Source: Candidatus Poribacteria bacterium (GTDB taxonomy: Bacteria; Poribacteria; WGA-4E; WGA-3G). From it: a stretch of 64,000 bases of DNA. A model generated the notes under the pieces. The model was given only the letters and a program-made list of their open reading frames with translations. It searched no databases and was not told the origin of the DNA. Where the stretch lies: assembly GCA_965205025.1 (NCBI GenBank), contig CBDBFU010000003.1, positions 128,001-192,000 of the forward strand, given 5' to 3'. The position numbers and the translations under genes were made by a program. This document shows positions 20,946 through 33,893 of this stretch, piece after piece (position 1 is the first letter of the stretch; each line of letters begins with the position of its first letter).

Positions 20946-21371
20946 ATTTGCTTTATCTATCAAAGTACTATGTCATAATCTGTTATTTCTAATTTCTTGG
21001 TGCAGGTACGTACTTCCGTAAGCTGTTTACAATATAATTATGGTCTTAATAACATCTGGATTAAAATTTGGATATGTCGATTGTGTCTCATAGCTGTTCC
21101 TTCAAATAGGTTCGGTAAGTTTTAAACATACGATAGGTTGATGTCAATTTTTTGTTTTTACTCATGACTGTATTGATGTATAATATACTATATATACGGT
21201 GTAAATCTCGTTTTATAATATACTTAGACCTACTTTAGAGGTGCGTGAAAAGTTAATTATGGTGTTATTTGACCCATATTTATAATATTTACCCGTAAAA
21301 TGACAACTTGTGCACTATTGTATTTTACAAGTGCTTACGATAAGTACTTCAAAAAAGTTAGAATAATGTAG

Positions 21372-23579
<2,208 letters not shown>

Positions 23580-23590
23580 TATCATAATGT

Positions 23591-23645
23591 AGGGCAATGA
23601 GAAGGTGAATTTCTCTTTCTCGTTGCCTTCATCATTTAACTTTTC
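23591..23645 (+). terminator. Probable terminator after katG
   Basis: GGGCAATGAGAA...TTCTCGTTGCCTT hairpin followed by T-rich sequence. Confidence 0.55.
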
Positions 23646-23734
23646 CTATTAAATTAATGTGAGTTATGAATAAGCGAAATTAGGTATGGGTTTGTATGGT
23701 AGATTCGGGGAATCCACCAAATCAAGGCTTAAGT

Positions 23735-24865
23735 TTATATTTTCATTACAGCAGTATTTGTCAGATAAGGGGATTGAAACTGCGTTATCTCACCTGCCCT
23801 GCGTCCGGGAACTGGGAACAAACGGACAGACAAAGGCTTATTTAATTGTATTGATAGAGTTGCTACGTCGATCAAAATAGCAGTAATTTGGGATATGGAA
23901 GCATCACCTGGAATGGGTATAGTATCAAGACCCGTCCCACAGACAGTCGAATAGAGTAAAAGACTGTCTAAATTGAAGTAACCTTCTTCACTGCGTTTAC
24001 CCAATCCAACATCTTCAAGGACAGGGAGCATTAATCCTGAGTATCCGCATAGTGGAAGTGATAGGGCACGTAATGTACGTGTTATACCTGCTGCAACTGT
24101 CAGAGTACCCCTTTCACCGAAATGCCCCGGAAGTTGTTTTTCCATAGCATAAGCAATGCTGTCTTCACCCATTGGTGCAGGTGAAACGTCAATACCCACA
24201 AACTTTATTCCCCACTCTTGTGCTAACTCTTCAGCAAGTTCTACTATTTTTCCCCCTTCCGCTTCAATAATACTCTTCATATTAATTAATGCTTCTTGCA
24301 AATTGGTAGCATCTTTGAATGCTTGTTGTACAAGGTTTGATGCTTGCCAACCAATTCCAAAGTTTGTTCTTGTATCTTGCCAGTATGCTGCAGGAAAGAA
24401 GGGTGTATTAGGTGGACAGTTCATTAAAGCTGCAAATCGTAGGTTGCCGTAACCTGCATCGGTTTGGTGTGCAATCTGATGTATGATATTGGCAGTATTT
24501 TCGGCGATTTTTGTACTAATATATCCGGCTTGAGTGGTAAGGGTAACGGTAGTAAAGAGTATTTCACTCTGAACAATTACATCTACGACACGTGAAAGAT
24601 TACTCGCTGTGAAACGGTTTTCGGGTAGGATTGTACCTAAATTGACGAAATCTATCCCTAATGCTTTTGCTTCAGATTCTAATGTAAGAATAGAATCTAA
24701 TTGTCGGGCATCATTCCATGTTTGACTACTTACCCGTGTAGTTTGTACTTCGTAACCGTTGTCTGAAAAACATGTATGACATGCAGTGTTAAATTCTGCA
24801 GCACGTTGAAGTTGGTATGGAGAATATGGGAACGGAATGCCTGTAGTAATAGTCCGAATTATCAT
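23735..24865 (-). CDS. DUF711 family protein
   Basis: IRTITTG, YEVQTTR, PFFPAAY, GYSGLMLPVLED, CGTGLDTIP. Confidence 0.9.
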   Translation of the reverse strand: MIIRTITTGIPFPYSPYQLQRAAEFNTACHTCFSDNGYEVQTTRVSSQTWNDARQLDSILTLESEAKALGIDFVNLGTILPENRFTASNLSRVVDVIVQSEILFTTVTLTTQAGYISTKIAENTANIIHQIAHQTDAGYGNLRFAALMNCPPNTPFFPAAYWQDTRTNFGIGWQASNLVQQAFKDATNLQEALINMKSIIEAEGGKIVELAEELAQEWGIKFVGIDVSPAPMGEDSIAYAMEKQLPGHFGERGTLTVAAGITRTLRALSLPLCGYSGLMLPVLEDVGLGKRSEEGYFNLDSLLLYSTVCGTGLDTIPIPGDASISQITAILIDVATLSIQLNKPLSVRLFPVPGRRAGEITQFQSPYLTNTAVMKI

Positions 24866-24944
24866 ATTTATTTAGAATACATCTTATATAGTCTTGTAAG
24901 TTTCTCATTTTTAGATATTGAATAGTAAGTAAAACCTTAATAAA

Positions 24945-25919
24945 TTACATTTCATCTTCTCCAAAAAGTCCAAGATTTCGATATCGTTTACATCGTTGAT
25001 GTATGAGTTGTTTCTCAGTCATCTGCATCAATTCTGTTAGGTGTTTCCGCATCGCACGCTTAACATTCTTGGCTGCCGTTTCAGGATCTCTATGCGCTCC
25101 TCCGAGAGGTTCACGTATCACTTGATCAATGACACCTACTTTTAATAGATCAGGGGCTGTGGGTTTATAGCCTTCAGTTGCTTCGGGGGCATGTTCGCCT
25201 TTATCTTTCCATACAATACCGCTACATGCTTCAGGTGGAGCAACACAATAGATGGCATATTCCATCATTAACACGCGATTTCCAACTGCAATTGCTAAGG
25301 CGCCACCGCTACCACCTTCGCCAATAATAACGACAAGAATTGGGACACGCATCTGTATCATTTCGGCAAGGTTTTCTGCAATCGCGGTTGCTTGTCCATA
25401 TTCTTCGGATCGGAGATCAAAATGAGCCCCAGGTGTATCAACAAAACAGATTAATGGACGGTTAAATTTGTTTGCTAACTGCATCAGACGTCTCGCTTTT
25501 CTATAACCTTCTGGGTGGGTATACCCAAAGTTCATTTCTTGTCGTTCAACAAGATTTGTTCCTTTCTGCTGTGCGAGGTAGACGACAGGTTGCTCCTCAA
25601 ACCATGCGAATCCTCCAATAAGTGCTCGATCATCTCCGTATAACTTATCGCTCCGTAGTTCTACGGGTTCATCAAGAAGTGCATCAATATATATAGAGGC
25701 TTGTGGACGTTGAGGATGCCGTGCTAATCTAACCTTATCCCATCGACTTAATTTTTGAAAAGTTTTTCTTGTCAGTGTTTCGGCATTTTGTTTCAGTGCA
25801 GTAAAACCTTCTGTAAGATCTAACTCTGGGTGTGCTTCTCTGAAAGTGTCTAATTGTGTAAGGTGCCGTTCTAATTCAATTAGTGGTTTTTCAAAATCTA
25901 ATTCTGTTGAATTCATCAA
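24945..25919 (-). CDS. accA: Acetyl-CoA carboxylase carboxyltransferase alpha
   Basis: LDFEKP, ARHPQRP, PEGYRKA, IGEGGSGGALA, EPLGGAHRD. Confidence 0.96.
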   Translation of the reverse strand: MMNSTELDFEKPLIELERHLTQLDTFREAHPELDLTEGFTALKQNAETLTRKTFQKLSRWDKVRLARHPQRPQASIYIDALLDEPVELRSDKLYGDDRALIGGFAWFEEQPVVYLAQQKGTNLVERQEMNFGYTHPEGYRKARRLMQLANKFNRPLICFVDTPGAHFDLRSEEYGQATAIAENLAEMIQMRVPILVVIIGEGGSGGALAIAVGNRVLMMEYAIYCVAPPEACSGIVWKDKGEHAPEATEGYKPTAPDLLKVGVIDQVIREPLGGAHRDPETAAKNVKRAMRKHLTELMQMTEKQLIHQRCKRYRNLGLFGEDEM

Positions 25920-25929
25920 TTAGTTCCTC

Positions 25930-27135
25930 TCAAATATCCTTAGTGAACTGTTTTCCCGGTAACTGTTGAATAATTCCTTTGAGTTCTAACATTAAGAGAA
26001 CACTTGACACCTGATTAATCGGCAATTGGGTAGTCCGAACGATTGTATCAATATGTGATGATGGTACTTCAATTGCATTAAATACAGACTTCTCCTCATC
26101 GGTTAAATCTGGAGGTGGAATGGAAGGATTAAATTCTTTCTTCTCAATAGCAAGACTTTTTTTGTTTTCTCCGCTCTTTGCCATAGTCGAGGATGTTGCG
26201 ATTTCTGGGTTGTTCTCAATACGCAAGTTGGGTGAAGCGGTAGGAATTTGATTTATGAGATGGTGTGGAAGTGCTTCTAATAAATCGTCTACAGTACTGA
26301 TAAGTTTAGCACCATTATCAATTAACTTATGAGTTCCTGTTGATAGTTCAGAGAAAATTTCACCTGGAACGGCGAAGACTTCTCTTCCTTGTTCGGAAGC
26401 AAGACGTGCTGTAATCAAGGCACCACTACGATTTGAGGCTTCAACTACGACAGTTCCAAGTGTTAAACCACTTATAATACGGTTTCGCCTTGGGAAGTTT
26501 TCAGATCTCGGTTTCATACCCATCGGGAATTCTGAGATAACAGCCCCAGATTCTATAATCTTCTCTTCCATTTCACTATTTCCTGAAGGATAAGTTAAAC
26601 TTAGACCGTTTCCCATTACAGCTAATGTTCTCCCATTTGCCTCAAGAGCACCTCTGTGCGCACATGTATCTATTCCTTTGGCAAAACCGCTGGTAATCGT
26701 AATTCCACGTTGTGCAAGTTGATATGCTAATTGATAACTAACGCGTCGTCCATAGTCTTTCGCTTCTCGTGAACCTACGAGGGCGATACTAAATGCGTCT
26801 TCCGGTATCAGTTCCCCTCTAACATACAGTAGTAAAGGAGGGGAGTCTACCTCCTTTAACAATGTAGGATATTCCTCGTCATATAGAGTGATAACTTGGC
26901 ACCCATATTCTTCAATCAACTGCAATTCCCGTTCTAATGGAGATCCGAGTTTTTTATTAGCTAAACTTTTTCGTATAGATGGTGTCAGTTCGTCGATTCT
27001 GTCTAATTCTTGGGGTGTTGCGTTTAGTACTGCTTCAGTACTCCCTAAAGTCTTGACTAAAAAGGGAACTGTTTTTGATCCGACACCTTGAATGAGGTTG
27101 AGATGGATAAGATTCGTTGTTTCTGGTGATAACAT
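25930..27135 (-). CDS. dprA: DNA-processing protein DprA
   Basis: ALVGSR, SGFAKGID, NFPRRNRIISGL, SGALITA; C-terminal winged helix. Confidence 0.96.
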   Translation of the reverse strand: MLSPETTNLIHLNLIQGVGSKTVPFLVKTLGSTEAVLNATPQELDRIDELTPSIRKSLANKKLGSPLERELQLIEEYGCQVITLYDEEYPTLLKEVDSPPLLLYVRGELIPEDAFSIALVGSREAKDYGRRVSYQLAYQLAQRGITITSGFAKGIDTCAHRGALEANGRTLAVMGNGLSLTYPSGNSEMEEKIIESGAVISEFPMGMKPRSENFPRRNRIISGLTLGTVVVEASNRSGALITARLASEQGREVFAVPGEIFSELSTGTHKLIDNGAKLISTVDDLLEALPHHLINQIPTASPNLRIENNPEIATSSTMAKSGENKKSLAIEKKEFNPSIPPPDLTDEEKSVFNAIEVPSSHIDTIVRTTQLPINQVSSVLLMLELKGIIQQLPGKQFTKDI

Positions 27136-27202
27136 CGGCTAAAGATGAACCTTCTTTCCAGATTTACTGCATTGATTGATATCAAATACGGTCAGCATTA
27201 CC

Positions 27203-27790
27203 TTATTGCATAGGTTTAGCATCAGCAGTTGGTGTTGGAAGTGCGTAATAGAGTTCTATTTCCTGAATCTTTCTAAACTCAGCTGAAGTAGGAGCCCCAG
27301 TTTCAGATCTTTTGTAGCGACTTTGACCTCCGATCCGGCGTGAATCCCATCTACGTGGTACTTTTAAACGGAATTTCTTTGTTAGGATTGGTTCCTGAAG
27401 AGTAGTCTTATATTCTATACGAAAATTGTCTTTCACCTCTTTAACAGTTATCCACTTACCATTGTCATCCATATATTGGATCTCGAAGAACTCCAGTTGT
27501 CCTTCTTTTGCCTTAATGATAATGTGTTGTATTGTTTGAGGAATATTCCAACTTAAGATTGCCTCAGTAAAATTATCTGATTCTTGTTGTGAAGCAACAT
27601 CCCTTGCATCTTCACGTATAGTAGTCGTCTCACCTTCAGTATAAATATTGTCATCATGAAATTTTGAGTCTGAGCTTGCAGCTGAAATTGCGATGTTTTG
27701 ACTCCAGTTTTGTGCCGGGTTTGATGCGAGAATACAACCAGACAATCCGATTATCCAGCATAGAATTACTATTAAGAAACTAAACCGCAT
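27203..27790 (-). CDS. Lipoprotein, discoidin/galactose-binding-like fold (putative)
   Basis: Lipobox LSGC; distant paralog of 27829..28470; ends IQEIELY. Confidence 0.6.
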   Translation of the reverse strand: MRFSFLIVILCWIIGLSGCILASNPAQNWSQNIAISAASSDSKFHDDNIYTEGETTTIREDARDVASQQESDNFTEAILSWNIPQTIQHIIIKAKEGQLEFFEIQYMDDNGKWITVKEVKDNFRIEYKTTLQEPILTKKFRLKVPRRWDSRRIGGQSRYKRSETGAPTSAEFRKIQEIELYYALPTPTADAKPMQ

Positions 27791-27828
27791 TGATTACCTC
27801 CTAATAATTGTGATAAATGTACCGGATG

Positions 27829-28470
27829 TTATTCTAAATTGAGCAGTTCATCAAGTTCTTTTTCACGACTTTCAGCAGCTGTACTTTCTTTTGTTTGTTC
27901 CGCTGTCTTATAGCCGTATAATTCAATTTCTCGTATTTTTGCTTGTGCACGGCGATTTTGACCATACTGTCTGAAACCACCTGTTCGAGCTCTTTGGGCT
28001 CGACTAAGACCAGCATCATCTGTAGTTGATAAAATGCGTACACGAATTTGTTTTGTGGGAAACGGAACTAAGACTGGGATTTCAATTGGATTTGTCTTGA
28101 CACTTTTCACGTCTTTAATCAATTTCCAGTCTGTCTCTTTAATAATCCCACCTTTATCAGCAAAAATGTCAAACGTCTTGATGTTTTCTGAGTGAATAAC
28201 AATACGACGGATGATTTTTTCTTCGGGTAGTGTAATGATAACTTCAGAAGCAGGATTTGAACCAAAATTAGTGTTTGCACCTACAGGGAAGGTCGATTCA
28301 CCAATAGTGTTCATATTTCCATCAATCATTTGGGGACTTGATGCATTTGTGCCTTCAAGAAGAGCGTAATTTTCACTCCATTCTTGTTCAGATAGCAAGA
28401 CACTACATCCGGATATGACAATTACAGAGATGCAAGTTATAGAAAAATGTGTAATGGTTTTCATAAACAT
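27829..28470 (-). CDS. Lipoprotein, discoidin/galactose-binding-like fold (putative)
   Basis: Lipobox ISGC; MIDGN...IREIELYG. Confidence 0.6.
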   Translation of the reverse strand: MFMKTITHFSITCISVIVISGCSVLLSEQEWSENYALLEGTNASSPQMIDGNMNTIGESTFPVGANTNFGSNPASEVIITLPEEKIIRRIVIHSENIKTFDIFADKGGIIKETDWKLIKDVKSVKTNPIEIPVLVPFPTKQIRVRILSTTDDAGLSRAQRARTGGFRQYGQNRRAQAKIREIELYGYKTAEQTKESTAAESREKELDELLNLE

Positions 28471-28537
28471 CAGATTAACTCCTTAGCATAATGTTGATTT
28501 ACTATACCACGAACAATATATAGTTGTCATGTACTGG

Positions 28538-29983
28538 TTAAGAAATGATTTTCCAAGTTGATCCTTCTTTGGAGTCTTGGATTTCAATATTTAGTTCTTT
28601 GAGTCGATCACGAATCATATCAGATGTATCCCAATCCTTACGGTTACGGGCGTCTTGTCGAATATCTAAAAGCAGGTTTAGTACTGGATTAAGATATGCA
28701 TCCGTTTTTCCAGTATCTTGTTCGTTAGTTGTATAGATTCCGAGGACTTCACATATCTCAATTAGTGTCTTGTAAGCCCGTGTGTAAATATGTTTGGATA
28801 CTCCGTTATTTGCGGTAATTGATTTATTGATTGTGTTGACGAGTGTGAAAATAGATCCTACTGCTTGGGCTGTATTGAAATCATTATCCATCGCATGTAT
28901 AAAATCGGTCCGCATTGTTTCTATCGCTGACACCAAAGAATTGCCAGCCGTTGTCAAATCATCCTGATTTTCTTTGGACTCGTCTATATCACCGGAATAT
29001 TCTTCCAATGTATTTAAGCAATTGTTCAAACGTCTAAGTGCTGATTCAGATGTTTGTAAACTCTCTATACTATAATCAAGTGGATGACGATAATGCGCAG
29101 ATATGAGGAAATGCCTGATAACTTCAGCCGGATATTTATCAAGTGCTTCTCTCAATAAAATAAAGTTCTTTTCGGATTTCCCCATCCGTTTACCATCTAT
29201 TTTAAGAAAAGCAACATGTACCCAATACCGTGCGAATGGAACTCCTGTTGCTAATTCACTTTGTGCTATTTCATTTTCATGGTGAGGGAACAACAGATCT
29301 TCTCCACCAGCGTGTATATCAATAGTTTCGCCGAGATGTTTCATCGCCATACATGAACATTCAATATGCCAACCTGGTCTACCGCGTCCCCATGGACTCT
29401 CCCAATACGGTTCACCAGGTTTCGCAGCTTTCCACATATCGAAATCCCGGGGATCTTCCTTACGGTCATCTACCTCAACGCGAGCCCCTGCCAGTAAATC
29501 TTCAGGTTTTCGGCGTGAGAGTTTGCCATATTCACTAAAGGAATTTACACGATAATATACGCTTCCATCAACTACATAAGCTGCACCTTTGTCAAATAGT
29601 ATTTGGATCAGATCTATCATTTCAGGAATGTGTTCTGTAGCTTTAGGGTGTATATCAGCCGGTTGAATACCGAGTCTTTGTGTATCTTCAAAGTATGCTA
29701 AACCGTTTGTATGAGCAAGTTCACATGCACTAATACCAAGTGTGTGGGCACGATCAATTATTTTATCATCAATATCAGTTAGATTCTGTACTAATTTAAC
29801 TGTATATTCTTTATACGTAAGATATCTTCTGATTATATCGGTAACAAGAGCTGTCCGGGCATTTCCAATGTGAATATAATCATAGACTGTAGGTCCACAA
29901 CTATACATTGAAACATATCCTTCGATTTGTGGAGTGAATTCCTCAAGTTGCCTGCTCAGAGAATTATATATTTTTAAACCCAT
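28538..29983 (-). CDS. cysS: Cysteine--tRNA ligase
   Basis: CGPTVY, HIGN, GRPGWHIEC, FPHHENE; KMSKS motif present as RMGKS. Confidence 0.97.
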   Translation of the reverse strand: MGLKIYNSLSRQLEEFTPQIEGYVSMYSCGPTVYDYIHIGNARTALVTDIIRRYLTYKEYTVKLVQNLTDIDDKIIDRAHTLGISACELAHTNGLAYFEDTQRLGIQPADIHPKATEHIPEMIDLIQILFDKGAAYVVDGSVYYRVNSFSEYGKLSRRKPEDLLAGARVEVDDRKEDPRDFDMWKAAKPGEPYWESPWGRGRPGWHIECSCMAMKHLGETIDIHAGGEDLLFPHHENEIAQSELATGVPFARYWVHVAFLKIDGKRMGKSEKNFILLREALDKYPAEVIRHFLISAHYRHPLDYSIESLQTSESALRRLNNCLNTLEEYSGDIDESKENQDDLTTAGNSLVSAIETMRTDFIHAMDNDFNTAQAVGSIFTLVNTINKSITANNGVSKHIYTRAYKTLIEICEVLGIYTTNEQDTGKTDAYLNPVLNLLLDIRQDARNRKDWDTSDMIRDRLKELNIEIQDSKEGSTWKIIS

Positions 29984-30047
29984 TCGCTGTTCCTTTACTA
30001 ATGTCCAGGTGATAGGTAATTTTATAAGAATGTATAAGTATCAAGAA

Positions 30048-30521
30048 TTAATATTTTCTGATTGATGCAATTGCTTGAGCTACTATAGCTTTTTCCTCGC
30101 CAACAATTCCTAAACCTTCTGAGGTAGTAGCTTTAACACTCAACTGTGTTTCAGAAATCTCTAAGGTTTTGGCAAGGATGCGACGTATCTGGTGAATATA
30201 TGGTGCTAATTTCGGACGTTGGGCAATTACTGTGCTATCAATATTTTCAATTACATATCCTTGTTCTTTAACTTTCGCATTGATTTTCCGGAGAAAAACT
30301 TGACTGTCCATTCCTCTATATTTTGGGTCTGTATCGGGAAAGTGTGTTCCAATGTCCCCCAAGGCGATTGCCCCCAAAAGTGCATCACAGATAGCATGTG
30401 TTAAAACATCGGCATCTGAATGACCTAATAAACCTAAGTGAAAAGGGATTTCCACACCACCTAAAATCAATTTACGATTTTCTATGAGTCGATGAACGTC
30501 GTAACCGAATCCTATCCTCAT
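30048..30521 (-). CDS. ispF: 2-C-methyl-D-erythritol 2,4-cyclodiphosphate synthase
   Basis: RIGFGYDVH, GHSDADV, VKATTSEGLG. Confidence 0.97.
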   Translation of the reverse strand: MRIGFGYDVHRLIENRKLILGGVEIPFHLGLLGHSDADVLTHAICDALLGAIALGDIGTHFPDTDPKYRGMDSQVFLRKINAKVKEQGYVIENIDSTVIAQRPKLAPYIHQIRRILAKTLEISETQLSVKATTSEGLGIVGEEKAIVAQAIASIRKY

Positions 30522-30565
30522 CTAATGTATTTCACAATCTATTCTAATAGAAGGTCTATTATATC

Positions 30566-31276
30566 TTAATTTCGATTGTTATGCCAGACTTCCGCTATCT
30601 GCATATCTTCTGGGGTTGTTAGTTTTATATTTTTATAACTTCCCAGGACTAACTTAACTGGGTTACCAAGTTTTTCAACTAATGCAGCATCATCTGACGC
30701 GGTAATTCCTGTTTGTAAAGCAGTTTTGTAGGCTTCAAGTAATAGAGATTTCCGGAAAACTTGAGGTGTTTGTACATGCCACAATCTATTTCTATCAGGA
30801 GTGTGATCAATGAAGTGGTCTTCGTTTGCCACCTTAATCGTATCTTTTACCGGAACTGCTGAAACAGCTGCTCCCCATTTTTCTGAGGCTACAAGGCATT
30901 CAAAGATTATTTTCTCGTCAAGAAAAGGACGGACTCCATCGTGGACAATCACATATTCAACATCATCTGAAAGAGCACAGAGTCCATTAAATACGGATGA
31001 TTGTCGAGTTTCACCACCAGAAATCAGTTCACGAACTTTCTTGTAATGGTAAGGGATAATCGCGGTTTCATTGCATATATCAAAATCAGATTTGTCAACA
31101 ATAACATATATTTCGTCAATAGCACTATTGTTTTCAAATAGGTCAATTGTATGGGATAGAATCGGTTTATCGTCTAATATGAGATAAGGTTTTTTTATAG
31201 AGGTTTCCATTCGATGACCTGCCCCTGCAGCGGGAATAAGAACGTCAATTTTGGTGTTCATCTGTTCCCATCTCAT
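30566..31276 (-). CDS. ispD: 2-C-methyl-D-erythritol 4-phosphate cytidylyltransferase
   Basis: PAAGAGHRM, GGETRQSSV, VHDGVRP, QTPQVF, NIKLTTPED. Confidence 0.96.
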   Translation of the reverse strand: MRWEQMNTKIDVLIPAAGAGHRMETSIKKPYLILDDKPILSHTIDLFENNSAIDEIYVIVDKSDFDICNETAIIPYHYKKVRELISGGETRQSSVFNGLCALSDDVEYVIVHDGVRPFLDEKIIFECLVASEKWGAAVSAVPVKDTIKVANEDHFIDHTPDRNRLWHVQTPQVFRKSLLLEAYKTALQTGITASDDAALVEKLGNPVKLVLGSYKNIKLTTPEDMQIAEVWHNNRN

Positions 31277-32310
31277 CCAATGTTGTCCCCCAAGTTAGCT
31301 GAATCCGCATTACGAGCAAAGATCATTTGCCCTGTACTGGTTCGCAACATTTGTGTGACAACCACATCAAGTGTTTGTCCGATACAGTCTTTTCCATCTT
31401 CAACGATAACCATAGTCCCGTCATCAAGATATCCTACACCTTGGTTTGGTTCTTTTCCAACTTTCTGAAGTTGTACTTGAATAATCTCTCCTGATCCAAC
31501 AATAGGTCGGATTGCATTTGCTAATTCATTTATGTTGAGTACTTTAACACCTTGAAGTTCTGCTACTTTATTTAGATTTAAGTCGTTCGTGATAATCTTA
31601 GCAAAATGCTTCTGTGCGAAATGGACAAGTTTCGCGTCAACCTCCGTTAGGTGTGGAACATCTTCCTCAATAATTTCAACGGCGATATAAGGACTATTTT
31701 GTAGAGAACGCAGAATATCGAAACCGCGCCGTCCTTTATTCTTTCGTAAAATATCTGCTGAATCTGCGATATGTTGTAACTCATTTAATACAAAACGAGG
31801 AATTAACAATGTTCCATCTATAAATTGTGTTTCGCAAATTTCAAGTATTCTTCCATCAATTATAACACTTGTATCTAAAATTTTAAAACCGTTAACATCG
31901 TTTGTAGCGAATGGTGTACCGGTTTGTGTATAACGATAGGAGTTTAACAATCTGACAACAGGTGTGCTCTCAGATATGTAGTACCCACTAATCATACCAA
32001 TATAACCGATTCCAAGTATTAAGACAAATTTAGAAACCGTTGCCCATAATTCGTCGCTTGGATAAAAGAAAGGACCAGATAACTGTAAAAGTTGGAACAC
32101 TCCAAAAGACACAATCAAACCTAAGGCAAGTCCTACTATACTTGCGACAATCCTCCGCATTTGAGTGACCTGAAGTGAAATTTCACCTGCAACAAGGAGA
32201 CAAGCAATAGCGAATCCAACGAATCCTCCGGAAATACTGGTATTTGGTAGATAGCAAGCAACAGTACTTGCTAAGATAAAAAAAAGACGAATTCCCCATA
32301 TTTGCATCAT
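31273..32310 (-). CDS. PIN/TRAM domain membrane protein (YacL-like)
   Basis: N-terminal TMs; LDTSVIIDGRI, TNDLNLNKVA, GYLDDGTMVIVE. Confidence 0.93.
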   Translation of the reverse strand: MMQIWGIRLFFILASTVACYLPNTSISGGFVGFAIACLLVAGEISLQVTQMRRIVASIVGLALGLIVSFGVFQLLQLSGPFFYPSDELWATVSKFVLILGIGYIGMISGYYISESTPVVRLLNSYRYTQTGTPFATNDVNGFKILDTSVIIDGRILEICETQFIDGTLLIPRFVLNELQHIADSADILRKNKGRRGFDILRSLQNSPYIAVEIIEEDVPHLTEVDAKLVHFAQKHFAKIITNDLNLNKVAELQGVKVLNINELANAIRPIVGSGEIIQVQLQKVGKEPNQGVGYLDDGTMVIVEDGKDCIGQTLDVVVTQMLRTSTGQMIFARNADSANLGDNIG

Positions 32311-32472
32311 GTCATTCCAAGTAAAGTAGTGATACTTGCTTCACCAGTTTAAATCTTATTATATTAATTACTGTAATTGATTTACAAATGTGATGATTGG
32401 TTAGTTTTTCGGAATTTTATCTACAAGAGTGTTCTAAGTATTTTCCACAAAATTGCAGGTGTAAAGAGTTAG

Positions 32473-33835
32473 TTATAATAGGATATTTAGACAATCATAT
32501 ATATTATTTACCCCAATTAACTCAATTATCTTGTTGGTTTCTAAACCTTTTTGATGGTATTCTGGATAAATCACTCGTGTGAACCCAAGTTTTTCTGCCT
32601 CTTTTATTCGTTTTTCGATGTGCGTCACAGGCCTAATTTCACCACCTAACCCTACCTCTCCAATCACAACAGTTCGAGAGTCCATTGGGATGTTTCGGTG
32701 ACTGGATATTATTGCCATTAACACACCAAGATCAATTCCAGGTTCAACTACATGTAATCCCCCGGTAATATTTACGAACACATCTGAATCACTTATGTCC
32801 ATAGCGATTCTTTTATTTAAGACAGCAATAAGAAGGGCTACACGGTTACGGTCAATCCCTGTTGCTGTATTGCGAGGTGTGCTATAGTGAGTCGAAACTA
32901 CAAGTGCTTGAACTTCCAATAACAGTGGTCGAGTGCCTTCCATACTTGATACAATCACTGAACCAGAGATTTCTTCTTTTCTATCACTCAGAAAGAGTTG
33001 AGACGGATTCTGAACATCAACAAGTCCACTGTTTTTCATTTCAAAGATACCGAGTTCGTTTGTAGACCCGAACCGGTTTTTTATTGCTCGTAAGACACGG
33101 TATATATGTTGTCGTTCTCCTTCAAAGTACAATACTGTATCTACTATATGTTCTAAGACTCTTGGACCTGCCAATGTTCCTTCTTTCGTAACATGTCCAA
33201 CGAGAAACATAGGTATATTCTGTTTTTTGGCACATATCAATAAATGTGTAGCACATTCTCGGATCTGAGTTATACTTCCTGGTGCAGATTGAAAATCAGT
33301 TAAATAGACTGCCTGAATTGAGTCTATTACAACAACTTGAGGTCGGAGTTTTTCTATATGTCTTTCAATCTCTCCTAAGTTATTCTCACATAGGACATAC
33401 AAGTTATCAGAGGATACCCCCAGACGATTAGACCGTAACTTTGTCTGGTTTACTGATTCTTCACCCGTAACATAGAGGACACTGCCATACTTAATGCTTA
33501 AAGCATTACTCGCTTGCAGTAGAAGAGTGGATTTCCCTATTCCAGGATCTCCGCCGATTAAAATAACAGAACCAGGAACAATTCCACCACCGAGAACTCT
33601 GTCGAAACTCGACCATTCCAGTTAGGTGACGTTCAACATCGGTTGAAGTCACTTCAGAAATTAATTCAGGTTTGTTAGACGACTCTCCAATATTTCGATG
33701 TAAAGGAGATGTAGTGACAGCCTCTCTTTCTTCTGCAAAACTATCCCATGTCTGACATTCAGGACATTTTCCGAGTGATCTTGGTGTTGTATAACCACAT
33801 TCTTGACAGACAAATTTGTTCTTACTTTGAGCCAT
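32473..33835 (-). CDS. radA: DNA repair protein RadA/Sms; +1 frameshift near 33605 (likely sequencing error)
   Basis: CQECG...CPEC Zn finger; removing one T from GAGTTTCGAC restores EFDRVLGGG...GDPGIGKST; KNRFG motif. Confidence 0.93.
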
Positions 33836-33893
33836 AATTAATAATGATAAGGTGGATATACTTTCAAGTCAACCCTATAGGTGATTGATAATT

